Shown: piece after piece, positions 28,123 to 37,854 of the stretch
How the letters are laid out: every line of letters starts with the position of its first letter
Numbering within the stretch: position 1 is the stretch's first letter
Origin: an uncultured candidate division Zixibacteria bacterium
GTDB lineage: Bacteria > Zixibacteria > MSB-5A5 > UBA10806 > 4484-95
Assembly: GCA_963668625.2 (NCBI GenBank)
Contig: CAXXKA010000008.1
Span: forward strand, 1,152,001-1,216,000
Reading direction: 5' to 3'
DNA length: 64,000 bases
The notes under the pieces: model-generated
The model's database searches: none
The model's input: the letters and a program-made list of their open reading frames with translations, nothing else
What the model was told of the DNA's origin: nothing
Translations under genes and position numbers: made by a program

Positions 28123-30396
28123 TTATTTCATCAAGGTCATTTTCATAACCTGAGTCTCGCCCTCCAAGGAGAGTTTGTACAGGTATACGCCAGAGGGAGC
28201 ATCACCAGCGTTCCAGTAAAACGTATGCAGCCCGGCGTTAAGCTGTCCCTCATGCAGGGTAGTGACTTTCTGGCCGAGTACGTTAAATATATCGAGGCTG
28301 GCGTAGCCGGCGCCGGGTATCCTGAAACTGATACTGGTGGTGGCGTTAAACGGATTCGGGTAATTGCCGATAAGCTCGAAACTCTCGGGTCTGGCATTGA
28401 TTTCGCCATCCTCGATACCGATCGGCTCCTCGATAGTCATCGTGTATTGCTGATCATCCGTTTCCTCATCATCGTCTATACATTCGATCGTGAAGTCGTA
28501 TTCGCCATCAGTCGTAGGTATACCGGTGATCACACCGGTATTCTCATCAAGAGTTAAACCGTCCGGCAGCTGACCATCACCAACCTGATATATATACGGG
28601 GCCTCTCCGCCGCGAGATTCGATAACGGCGTTATAGGCAATGCCGGTTATGCCATCCGGCAAATCGGTGGTAACGATATTCATTCCGTAGCTTTGATGGT
28701 TGGATAGTTTCAGTATCCAATCATAAGGATCGAATCGGAGGTTAGTGGGATTACCGTTTAATACGAATCTGAAATCATCCTCACGGCTATCGTCCCAAAC
28801 AGTTATCAAAGTATCCTCGCCGTTAACTCTCCAGTATGTCTGAATCGGCATAGTGAATACCTCGGGAGCGGGATTGTTTTGCGCCTGGCGAATATGCAAA
28901 AACACCTCGTATTGGCCATTACCGATATCCTCGGCTATCCAGGAGTAGCTGTACCAGGGACGGTTCATACCCCAGATCCACTGATCGAAAAACCAGCCTA
29001 ATTCTCCACCGTAATGTTCTTCCATGACCGCCTGGAATTCGCGGGTGGTGGTGACGCTATACATGAAACGAGGATCGGTGGCGTAATCGTAAATGCCTTC
29101 GAAAAACGGCTCATCGCCCATAACACCGCGCAACATGTGAAGTACCCAGGAGCCTTTATTGTAGACTGTATTGCCGCTGAAAAGCTCATCAGGGTCGTAA
29201 ATCGGGCCGCTGGGATCGTTGACTCCATTGGAATTATTCATGTAATTCTGGTAAGCTGTTTGTCCCTCCAAATGTTCGAACCAGAGCGGCTCGGCATAGG
29301 AGGCGAACCCCTCGTTCATCCAAATCTCGGGCCAGATATCCGGCGAAATCATATCGCCGAACCATTGATGCGACAATTCATGAGCTACTATGTGGTCATA
29401 AGCATGATCGCCGCGTATGAGCCCTCTGCCGTAGCTGGTGTTACACTGATGTTCCATCGCGCCACTCCAGGGGAACACCGAGTGGCCGTATTTTTCGTTG
29501 AAAAACGGGTATTCACCGAATATTCCGGCGTAAAATTCGATTATACTGGGGGTAACACTCAAATCCTCGACCGCGTTGTTGTAATGCTCCGGGTAAACAT
29601 AGTTGACAACCGGCATCGAATCGCCCTCGGCATTGACATACCAGTCGGTGAATTCCAGGTAGTTCGATATTGTCATGCATACCAGGTAGGTGGTTATGGG
29701 GTAGCTGTTGTGCCAGTGGAAAGTCCGGGTACCGTCGCCGTTATCCGTATTGCTTACCAGTAAACCGTTCGAGGTAGCAACCAGATCCTCATCGACAGTA
29801 ATATGAATATCTGAGGTATCGGCTTTATCGCGCGGCTGATCCTTGCAGGGCCACCAGTCGCGGGCGCCTTCCGGTTCCGATAGTGTCGAGATAATAGGTT
29901 GACCGTTATGAGTTTCCCAAGTGAATGAGCCAAAACCGCTGGACTGGGGATTACCATGGTAGAAAACGGTGGTGGTAACCATATCGCCTGCCATGTAAAC
30001 CTCATCAAGATTTATCGTGAGGATACTGCTACTATGAGAATACGAAAGAGGCAAACCATTGGCTTTAGCAGAATCGACAACCATACCGGCCGTGAAATTG
30101 TACTCGATCTCGCTGAAATTATCTATCAGTACCTGAGACTGTATGATAACATAACCGGTAATAGACTCTCCCGCTAAATCGGTAACATTGACATATAAGT
30201 CCCAGTATTTAACATCATAATCTTCCATGCTGGTGATCAGATCGGTAGTCATATTTCTTTCGAGGATTTTAAAATGATCATATTTCATTTTCCATCGAGC
30301 ATCGAAAAAATCCTGTCTCTCACTTACACTCTGGGCAAACAATATCGATGGTAAAATCAATACAAAAGCCCAAACGATCAATAGCTTAAATTTCAT
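28123..30396 (-). CDS. Secreted M1 family aminopeptidase with an Ig-like (He_PIG) domain and T9SS-A-type CTD
   Basis: GAMEH, HELSHQWFG, WMNEGFA, YNKG; LPDGLTLD..TGVITG.PT; NYPNPFN. Confidence 0.92.
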   Translation of the reverse strand: MKFKLLIVWAFVLILPSILFAQSVSERQDFFDARWKMKYDHFKILERNMTTDLITSMEDYDVKYWDLYVNVTDLAGESITGYVIIQSQVLIDNFSEIEYNFTAGMVVDSAKANGLPLSYSHSSSILTINLDEVYMAGDMVTTTVFYHGNPQSSGFGSFTWETHNGQPIISTLSEPEGARDWWPCKDQPRDKADTSDIHITVDEDLVATSNGLLVSNTDNGDGTRTFHWHNSYPITTYLVCMTISNYLEFTDWYVNAEGDSMPVVNYVYPEHYNNAVEDLSVTPSIIEFYAGIFGEYPFFNEKYGHSVFPWSGAMEHQCNTSYGRGLIRGDHAYDHIVAHELSHQWFGDMISPDIWPEIWMNEGFASYAEPLWFEHLEGQTAYQNYMNNSNGVNDPSGPIYDPDELFSGNTVYNKGSWVLHMLRGVMGDEPFFEGIYDYATDPRFMYSVTTTREFQAVMEEHYGGELGWFFDQWIWGMNRPWYSYSWIAEDIGNGQYEVFLHIRQAQNNPAPEVFTMPIQTYWRVNGEDTLITVWDDSREDDFRFVLNGNPTNLRFDPYDWILKLSNHQSYGMNIVTTDLPDGITGIAYNAVIESRGGEAPYIYQVGDGQLPDGLTLDENTGVITGIPTTDGEYDFTIECIDDDEETDDQQYTMTIEEPIGIEDGEINARPESFELIGNYPNPFNATTSISFRIPGAGYASLDIFNVLGQKVTTLHEGQLNAGLHTFYWNAGDAPSGVYLYKLSLEGETQVMKMTLMK

Positions 30397-30560
30397 AATT
30401 ACCTCTTTTCAAGCGCCTTTCTGACATTAATCTATTAATAAATAAGATAACACGAATCGTCTTTTTGTCAACTATTATCAAATTAGTGTCTAACGGTATG
30501 TTAATACTAAACTTACGCTATGTTCTTTCCTCTGCCTTCCGTTGATTAGCGGGTTAATTA

Positions 30561-31244
30561 TCACGGTTTACGAATCTCTAAAAAAACACTCGAGTCGTCA
30601 ATCGTGTATGTAATAGAATTCAAGCCCAGTTGTGAGGCAATCTCAGTCAGTTTGGTCGGGGAGTAGGTCGAGGCCTTGAATCCATCCTTACAGGTAATTT
30701 CTCCATCGCCGGTTTTATCGTAGTCAATCTCGCCTAATAGCCCCTCGTTCGCCTGGGCCTCGAACCATTGCAGGCGATATATCCAGAAATCTCGGGCATA
30801 TGAGGAAAACATCACCAAACCACCCCTTTTAGCAATCCTATAAGCCTCGCTGAGCAATTTCAGGTTATCTACTTTGAAAGCGGAGATGCCGTTTTGCAGG
30901 CATATTACCATATCGAACGAATTATCTTTAAAACCCAGCATCTCGGCTTTCATGCCGGCCAATTTTATCTCGGGGTAGGCTTTCAGGTAATCGGAGGCCA
31001 TTTTCAAACTCGCTCTGGATTTGTCTATACCGACTATCAGGCTGGACTCGTTTGCCATCTCGGTTAATATCCGACCGTATCCACAGCCAAGCTCCAGCAC
31101 CGAATCGCCGGGTGAAATCTTTGACCTGACATGATCGATCTCGGATGTGAGGTATCGGGCTATCCTTGGCGGAGCGATCTCGTAAACGCGTTTGAGCTTC
31201 TCGGCCGCCAGTTTCTGATCATAATATTCCGTATTGCCGGTCAT
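30561..31244 (-). CDS. Class I SAM-dependent methyltransferase
   Basis: VLELGCGYGR, GID.S, SFDMV. Confidence 0.88.
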   Translation of the reverse strand: MTGNTEYYDQKLAAEKLKRVYEIAPPRIARYLTSEIDHVRSKISPGDSVLELGCGYGRILTEMANESSLIVGIDKSRASLKMASDYLKAYPEIKLAGMKAEMLGFKDNSFDMVICLQNGISAFKVDNLKLLSEAYRIAKRGGLVMFSSYARDFWIYRLQWFEAQANEGLLGEIDYDKTGDGEITCKDGFKASTYSPTKLTEIASQLGLNSITYTIDDSSVFLEIRKP

Positions 31245-31247
31245 TGC

Positions 31248-31817
31248 TCAACTCAGTTTATTGATTTTTTTATGGCGAAAACAATCGGTCGTGTGATCGT
31301 TTACCATTCCCACTGCCTGCATGAAAGCGTAACAGATAGTAGAACCTATGAATTTAAAACCGCGCTTTTTTAGATCCTTGCTCATGTCATCGGAAATTCC
31401 CGTTCGTGCGGGGATATCTTTTAGTGTTTTAGGTTTGTTCCTGATTGGCTTGCCGTCAGTAAAACGCCAGATATATCTATCGAAACTGCCAAACTCCTTT
31501 TGCACTTCTATAAAAGCCTTAGCGTTAACAACAGCAGCGTTAACTTTAAGCTTATTCCTGATAATGCCGGGATTGTGCAGTAGTTTCTCTATCTTGGCTT
31601 GCTTATAGCGTGCGATTTTAGCGTAATCGAAATTATCGAATAGCTTGCGGTAATTCTCGCGTTTGTTCAAAACGGTCGACCAGCTCAAGCCTGCCTGTGC
31701 TCCCTCTAATATCAGAAACTCAAACAGAGTTCGATCATCATGAACGGGCACACCCCACTCATCATCGTGGTAAGCGATCATCAGCTCGTTAGTTCCGGCC
31801 CATTGGCATCTTTTCAT
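31248..31817 (-). CDS. tag: DNA-3-methyladenine glycosylase I
   Basis: RC.W, YHD.EWG, LEGAQAGLSW, IIRN.LK, MQAVG.VNDH...C. Confidence 0.96.
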   Translation of the reverse strand: MKRCQWAGTNELMIAYHDDEWGVPVHDDRTLFEFLILEGAQAGLSWSTVLNKRENYRKLFDNFDYAKIARYKQAKIEKLLHNPGIIRNKLKVNAAVVNAKAFIEVQKEFGSFDRYIWRFTDGKPIRNKPKTLKDIPARTGISDDMSKDLKKRGFKFIGSTICYAFMQAVGMVNDHTTDCFRHKKINKLS

Positions 31818-31880
31818 AAAACGCTCCCGGCTATATAATATTTATACGAGAAAATGCATTAATCGAGTTGCGAATAATTT

Positions 31881-33047
31881 CTACATTTTACCCTGAAATT
31901 CAGCTAATTTTTCAGCATAGGTTTTATTACCGGGGTCGTTCTCCAATGCCTGACTCATGGATTGAGCTGCCTCGGTTGTTTTTCCCAGGGCATCATATAT
32001 ATATGCCAGAGTTGACAGCACTTTTCCGCGAAACGCACCCGGTGAGGCCAAATCAACAGCCTGGCGGGTGTAAGTCTCGGCCTCCTCCAGATTGATCCTG
32101 TGCTCGAGACACCATTTGGCATAGGAATAAAACTCGCCGGGATTGCTTTCCCATCCCTGCGGCAGGGTTGATTGTTTTAGCTCGGTAGCTTTCGCAGTGT
32201 CGTTTTCCACCGCCAGGGCATACTCTGATTTCAATAGCGTATTATCTTTTTGATAATGCACACCCCGTCTCTCGGTGGCGTTTATAGCGGCAGTGATATA
32301 TGGCTCGATCAGAGCTCCCTTTTCAAGCTTCCGCCCCAGGCGGGCCATTATCTGGGCTACTTGTAATAGTCGTTGAGGATTGCCGGCAAAATGTTTTACC
32401 GCAGTATCGGCATAGGGAAGAGCCTCCTCGAACGTGATCGTATCCTGCCAGGCGGCATTGGCTGCGTTTTTGAAAATCTCGAATACGAATGCACTTTCAC
32501 CTTGATTACCGAGTTGCCTCGCTTTCCGATAATACTCGTTTGCTCCGAGATAGTCCCAAACCTCGGTATAGTATTCGGCAAGGTTAACGGCATCATCATA
32601 TGTCGGATCGGATTCGAACCGTCTAACCCGTTGTTCCAGCGTGATCTTTTCGGTAAGGCTTTCGTTTAAATTCCTGATAAAAGGTTCGGGAGTAGTGTAG
32701 CCCGTCCAGCGTTTCATGATCTCGCCCTCGGTATTTAACACGTAAAATACGGGATAATATATCCCCGTAAAATAATAGTTTGAAAGTTCCTGGCCATAAT
32801 CGCCTTTTTCCAGAACCGTCAGGTGAATGACATTATCCAGCGCCTGTTTAACTGCCGGCACGTTTATGGCATCCTGGGCGGCCTTAGAGCAATATTCGCA
32901 GTCATCCTGGTAAAACTCGAGCAGAATCGGTTTGCCTGTTTGCGAGGATAACTTCTTAGCTTCCTCCAGAGTAGTGACATCCCCTGCGAAACAAAGGGTG
33001 AACGTATTTATCAAAACCAAGGTGACAATCATTAACCTGTTCAACAT
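31881..33047 (-). CDS. Exported thioredoxin-fold protein with TPR repeats
   Basis: Signal peptide, GKPILLEFY..DCEYC, YYP.F (cis-Pro loop), C-terminal TPR helices. Confidence 0.8.
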   Translation of the reverse strand: MLNRLMIVTLVLINTFTLCFAGDVTTLEEAKKLSSQTGKPILLEFYQDDCEYCSKAAQDAINVPAVKQALDNVIHLTVLEKGDYGQELSNYYFTGIYYPVFYVLNTEGEIMKRWTGYTTPEPFIRNLNESLTEKITLEQRVRRFESDPTYDDAVNLAEYYTEVWDYLGANEYYRKARQLGNQGESAFVFEIFKNAANAAWQDTITFEEALPYADTAVKHFAGNPQRLLQVAQIMARLGRKLEKGALIEPYITAAINATERRGVHYQKDNTLLKSEYALAVENDTAKATELKQSTLPQGWESNPGEFYSYAKWCLEHRINLEEAETYTRQAVDLASPGAFRGKVLSTLAYIYDALGKTTEAAQSMSQALENDPGNKTYAEKLAEFQGKM

Positions 33048-33154
33048 TTTAAAACTCCAGCGATTTTAAATTACTCACTCACGAATATCCCGACTAAAAT
33101 AATCATATATGTTTCAATTGTAAAGGTATCGTAAAAGTTTCAGGCCGGAATAAA

Positions 33155-34150
33155 TTATTTAACCGAATTTTTCTCGTCCGTATCATCCACAGAAAGAGTC
33201 GCTCCATCACAATAACCGGCAACCGGCGCGGGGCCTATTGCCCGGAAAAAATTAACCAGGTAAGTGATATCCTGCCCGGTCACATTGCAATCACCGTTGC
33301 AGTCCCCGGATAAATATACCACTGGTGGCAATCCCCAGCCCCTGAAAAATTGTACGAGAAAAAGGACATCGGAAATTACTACCTGGCCATCACCGTTGGC
33401 ATCCCCGGGTAAATAATCGGTACTGGATATGAAATTCGCAGTTATCGAATAATTGCCATTCATATAAATCATGATAGGATTTTGTGAACTGTTAATACTG
33501 CCGGTCCAGCGCGAAAATAAGCAGTCGGGATCGGGCTGGGCGAAAAGAAAGACTACCTCGTCCGAGTTATAATATTCTTTTTCAGGGTGAATATCCACAC
33601 TGCCGGGACCATTTATTTGCACATTCAAAGTAAAACCGCTGGTGGGTAATGTTTTAAGCGGCGAGTTGGAAAGCCCCGAATAGTTACCGGCATCATCATA
33701 AGCTTTTATACAGAAATAGTAGCTTTCGCCGGGAGTCAGGCCTGTCACCAGCATGGAATCTCTCTGGCCGCTTATAGAAGGAGTCGGTTCGCCGTTTACC
33801 TGCACCGAGTTTCGCCATCTCGACTCGCTGTTAATCTGGCCATAGTTCGCCCGACGGTATCTGATATCGTAACCAGTGGCTCGCCCGTCTAAACCATCAT
33901 CACCGGTAGCTGTCCAGTGAAGCCATACCCGATCGGGTTCATCTGTTATCAAGCCGTTGGGTACCGCCTCCACCAGCGTGGCATTCAGGGCCAGATAGTA
34001 AGTGATATCGCCGTCGTTATCGCATCTCAAAAACTCTTCACGGCTGTACCTGCCGTTATCATCGCCGTAAGAATAACCAATGTACATTGAACAAATTGCT
34101 ATAACTAAAACGTATTTTTTAATCGAACGCAAAATTAAACTTTTCAGCAT
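33155..34150 (-). CDS. Exported FN3 + InlB-B-like repeat + dockerin type I protein
   Basis: WTATGDDG..G.A..YDIRY, GL.PG..YYF.IKA.D.AGN; A.P.....F..W.G; paired GDANGDG....D...L / GDCNGDC....D...L repeats. Confidence 0.8.
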   Translation of the reverse strand: MLKSLILRSIKKYVLVIAICSMYIGYSYGDDNGRYSREEFLRCDNDGDITYYLALNATLVEAVPNGLITDEPDRVWLHWTATGDDGLDGRATGYDIRYRRANYGQINSESRWRNSVQVNGEPTPSISGQRDSMLVTGLTPGESYYFCIKAYDDAGNYSGLSNSPLKTLPTSGFTLNVQINGPGSVDIHPEKEYYNSDEVVFLFAQPDPDCLFSRWTGSINSSQNPIMIYMNGNYSITANFISSTDYLPGDANGDGQVVISDVLFLVQFFRGWGLPPVVYLSGDCNGDCNVTGQDITYLVNFFRAIGPAPVAGYCDGATLSVDDTDEKNSVK

Positions 34151-34515
34151 AACCACAAAAATCTTTAGGTATTTAAGAAAGTTACAACAGGGAAGTCTAA
34201 GGTATTTATATCATCCCCACAGCCTGTTTCCCGTGAGTCAGCCAGAGATGAAAAACATTTCCCTCTCCCTTACTCAGCTATAGTTAACATCTGAGCTCGA
34301 TAATGTCAAGCAAGAGTTTCAACGAAAAGTAAATTTTCATAGCTTTTAAACGCCATCCTAACTAATCTTCGCTATTATTATGTGTAATATAATCATTGTT
34401 GTGTCAATTGGTATTTTTCGATTGCATTTATAGATATGGTAATATACATTTGATCTAGTTAAACAGTTGGAACAACCTGAATCAACATTGGGATTATTAA
34501 ACCGAAAAAGCTATT

Positions 34516-34974
34516 ATGATAGAGAAAACTAAAATACCGGAATCATTTTTAGTCGACCATACGACGATGGTCGCGCCAAACATACGTAAAACCGGCGTGC
34601 AGTCCGGCCCAAATGGCGATATGATCAGCAAATTCGATATGCGATTCGTCAAACCCAACACCGATAGTATCCCCACGGCCGCTATTCATACATTGGAACA
34701 TCTGCTGGCGACATATATGAAAAACACGCTGGCTGATGTTATCGATATCTCACCCATGGGTTGCCGTACAGGATTTTATCTGACAATCTGGGGTGATATC
34801 GAACCTCAAGTTATCAGGGGTTCGCTGATCGATGCGTTGAAAAAAATAGTAACAACCAAATTCGAGGATATCCCCGGCATATCGGCAAAGGAATGTGGAA
34901 ACTACCGCGACCATTCATTGTTCGGCGCCCGGGAATACGCCGATTCAGTATTGAAAGGATTCGAATCACAATGA
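34516..34974 (+). CDS. luxS: S-ribosylhomocysteine lyase (AI-2 synthase)
   Basis: ESF..DH, D.RF..PN, HTLEH, SPMGCRTGFY, CGNY.DHSL. Confidence 0.96.
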   Translation: MIEKTKIPESFLVDHTTMVAPNIRKTGVQSGPNGDMISKFDMRFVKPNTDSIPTAAIHTLEHLLATYMKNTLADVIDISPMGCRTGFYLTIWGDIEPQVIRGSLIDALKKIVTTKFEDIPGISAKECGNYRDHSLFGAREYADSVLKGFESQ

Positions 34975-35699
34975 TAGGATTAATCGGCGCAATGGCCGAG
35001 GAGATATCCCTGCTCAAGGAAAACATGGATATTTTCGAGGCAACCGAGTATGCCGGGATGAAATATTTTGCCGGCGAGCTTGAGGGGCAGAAATTCGTTT
35101 TGCTTCAATCCGGTATCGGCAAAGTTAACGCCACTATCGGTACCCAGATAATGATTGACCGTTTCGAGATAGAGAGCATTCTGTTTACCGGATTGGCCGG
35201 CGCCATGGTGCCGAACCTCTCACCCGGCGATATCGTGGTATCAAATTATGTGGTTCAGTACGATTTCGATCTCACGCCTTTCGGTAGACGGCATGGCGAA
35301 CTACCTAATGTTGGCAGGATGATCGAGGCGGATCCCCGTCTGTTAAAACTGGCATGCTATGGTTTCGATGATGTTTTCAAGCAGGTCAGCAACGCCCCAC
35401 GGTTGATGGTAGGCACTATCGTCTCGGGAGATCGCTTCGTTTCCGATGAGAGCCAGATCGAATGGCTGCAGCGCGAATTCGGAGCGGTGGCAATCGAGAT
35501 GGAGGGGGCGGCTGTCGGCTACACCTGCCATGTCAACAAGGTGCCTTTCGTAATAATGCGCACGATATCCGATTCGGCCAGCTCCGATGCTAAAAACGAA
35601 TTCGAAAAGTATCTGGGAGAGGCTTCCAAACACTCATTCCAGATTATCAGCAGTATTTTCAAGACTCTCGGCCATGTTGTCGAGGCCGACTCTATTTAA
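34971..35699 (+). CDS. mtnN: 5'-methylthioadenosine/S-adenosylhomocysteine nucleosidase (Pfs)
   Basis: IG.IGAM.EE, SGIGKVNA, TG.AG, SGD.F, EMEGAA, RTISD; ATGA overlap with the luxS stop. Confidence 0.95.
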   Translation: MIGLIGAMAEEISLLKENMDIFEATEYAGMKYFAGELEGQKFVLLQSGIGKVNATIGTQIMIDRFEIESILFTGLAGAMVPNLSPGDIVVSNYVVQYDFDLTPFGRRHGELPNVGRMIEADPRLLKLACYGFDDVFKQVSNAPRLMVGTIVSGDRFVSDESQIEWLQREFGAVAIEMEGAAVGYTCHVNKVPFVIMRTISDSASSDAKNEFEKYLGEASKHSFQIISSIFKTLGHVVEADSI

Positions 35700-36028
35700 A
35701 ATACCCGGTTGCCTGAGGGTAAATCACTATCGGGCGTTAAGATTATCACCTCGTTATTTTCATCGAGAGCGCCTAATACCAGTACCTCCGATTTGAATCC
35801 TGCTATCCTTTTCGGGGCAAAATTAGTAACAGCTACTATTTGCCGGTTCAGTAATTCAGCTTTCGTGTAATTTTTTGTTATCTGAGCGCTGGAGTTTTTG
35901 CGACCGTACTCACCGAAATCGATTAATAGTCTATACGCCGGTTTACGAGCTTCGGCCAGATCATCTATTTCAACGATGCGCCCGATTCTCATCTCCACCT
36001 TCTCGAAATCATCGAATGCAATAGTCAT
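35696..36028 (-). CDS. csaA: tRNA-binding protein / export chaperone CsaA
   Basis: F.K..MR.G.I, ARKPAY.L.IDFG, SSAQIT, NF.P..IAGF.SE.LVLG. Confidence 0.9.
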   Translation of the reverse strand: MTIAFDDFEKVEMRIGRIVEIDDLAEARKPAYRLLIDFGEYGRKNSSAQITKNYTKAELLNRQIVAVTNFAPKRIAGFKSEVLVLGALDENNEVIILTPDSDLPSGNRVF

Positions 36029-36246
36029 GAATCAATCCTCCGATTTAATACTTATGGTATTCCAACAAAGACCATCCGGGTCTTCGACAATACTTTCGAC
36101 ATTAAAAAAACGTAACCTTATAGGAAAATAATTCGTAAATCTAGCAAGGCAACAAATAATCATGTATTGACATGAATACATTTTTGGCACACTATTGATG
36201 ATATTAACATGGTCTTATCCGAGTTTGCGGATGAACGGAGGGTTTC

Positions 36247-37842
36247 ATGATTCCATATTACTCAAAATTCAAATTTATAATTATTTTAACCGCTTTATTT
36301 ACACTTTTCGCGCTATCAACTTTGACATCTGCCTCCTGGCATGGCCTTACACCTGGCAAGTACGAGGTGGGGTTCAAGACAATCGAGAAATACGATCAGG
36401 GAAGAACGTATCTGTCCAAGTATGATTATTTCGGAAACCTGATCGAGAGAGAGCGAGCCAGGCCCATACAAATTTGCTTATGGTATCCCGCGGAAGCCGA
36501 TCCTGAGGAGCAGCGCATGGTATACGGCGAATATAATTTCCCTTACCCGGAAGATGACCGGTTTTTCAATATCGTCGGCCGGTACCAGGGGCAGGATAAC
36601 GGCTACCTGTTTTATTCGTTCCAGAACGATTACGGCATAGTGCTCGATTTTTTGAGTGTTGAAATGAACGCGGTCAAAGACGCCGCTCCGGCCGACGGCA
36701 AATTTCCATTGCTGATTTATTTCACCAACTTCAACAGCGGCATCGGCGATAATGTATTGCTATGTGAATACCTGGCCTCGAAAGGTTATGTGGTCGCTAC
36801 CTCTCATAGTTTCGGAACTCATGAGCTCACGGCACGAAATACGCAGGGGGATCTCGAAACGATAATCAGCGATAAGGAATTCATTTTCGAAAACATAGCC
36901 GATTTTCCCTTTGTGGATATGAATAAAATCGGATCGTTCGGAGCAGGCTATGGCGGGTTGGCCGCTATGCTTTACCCGATGAGATGCGGTGACATCGATG
37001 CCGTAATGAGTTTGAACGGTCCTTTCAACGTTAAAGAGAATATCGAGTTTACCTCGAACTGTCCGTATTTCGCCAACATCAATCTGACCATCCCTTTTAT
37101 GAATATTTACGGTAGCGACATCGGTGAGATTGATTTGAGCCTGCAAGACAGTCTTCGCTATTCGGAGAGGATTTCGATAAACCTCCGGCAAACTCCTCGA
37201 AACGCTTTCAATAGCTATCTTCTGCTATCCAGCTCTATGCCCGGCCGGGAAACCGTTGCTGACGATATAACCCGCACGAGCTATAAAACTATTTGCGACT
37301 ACTCTTTAAATTTCTTCGATGCTTATCTGAAAAATTCCGACTCCGCTAACAAAAAAATCTATGGTATCCCGGATAAAAACAAAATCGCTCCCGAGTTAAT
37401 TGCAATCAGTTTCCTGCCCGCCCGGGATGTTCCGCCGACGCCGGCCGAGTTCGTACAAATCATTCGAGGTGACGGCGGCGTGCCTAAAGCGGTCGAGTTG
37501 TACGAGAAATTCAAAATCGAGGATCCCGGCCATGCGCTTTTCGAAGAGGCGACTTTCAACCAGATCGGTTATAATCTTCTGACAATGGGAGATATCGATA
37601 ACGCCCTGGAGATATTCAGGATGAATTCGGAAGTATATCCAAACTCGTGTAATGTTTGGGATAGCTATGCCGATGGCATGACCGCCGCCGGTGATACGGC
37701 CGGGGTAGTCGAATGCATGCGCAAAGCTATGGAGGTAATGCCTAATGATAGCGCTGTCAACGAGGTATTTAAAAATACTATCAGGGAGCACGCTCGACGG
37801 GTATTGGGAGATGAGGAATACGAAAAATATCAACATCAATAG
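36247..37842 (+). CDS. Exported alpha/beta-hydrolase-fold protein with a C-terminal TPR domain
   Basis: Signal peptide, G.Y.VG, RP....WYPA, GKFPL, LAS.GYVV; elbow GAGYGG lacks Ser; N..GY..L...A..IF..N...YP.S.N.WDS TPR. Confidence 0.75.
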   Translation: MIPYYSKFKFIIILTALFTLFALSTLTSASWHGLTPGKYEVGFKTIEKYDQGRTYLSKYDYFGNLIERERARPIQICLWYPAEADPEEQRMVYGEYNFPYPEDDRFFNIVGRYQGQDNGYLFYSFQNDYGIVLDFLSVEMNAVKDAAPADGKFPLLIYFTNFNSGIGDNVLLCEYLASKGYVVATSHSFGTHELTARNTQGDLETIISDKEFIFENIADFPFVDMNKIGSFGAGYGGLAAMLYPMRCGDIDAVMSLNGPFNVKENIEFTSNCPYFANINLTIPFMNIYGSDIGEIDLSLQDSLRYSERISINLRQTPRNAFNSYLLLSSSMPGRETVADDITRTSYKTICDYSLNFFDAYLKNSDSANKKIYGIPDKNKIAPELIAISFLPARDVPPTPAEFVQIIRGDGGVPKAVELYEKFKIEDPGHALFEEATFNQIGYNLLTMGDIDNALEIFRMNSEVYPNSCNVWDSYADGMTAAGDTAGVVECMRKAMEVMPNDSAVNEVFKNTIREHARRVLGDEEYEKYQHQ

Positions 37843-37854
37843 AGGGAGTTTAAG

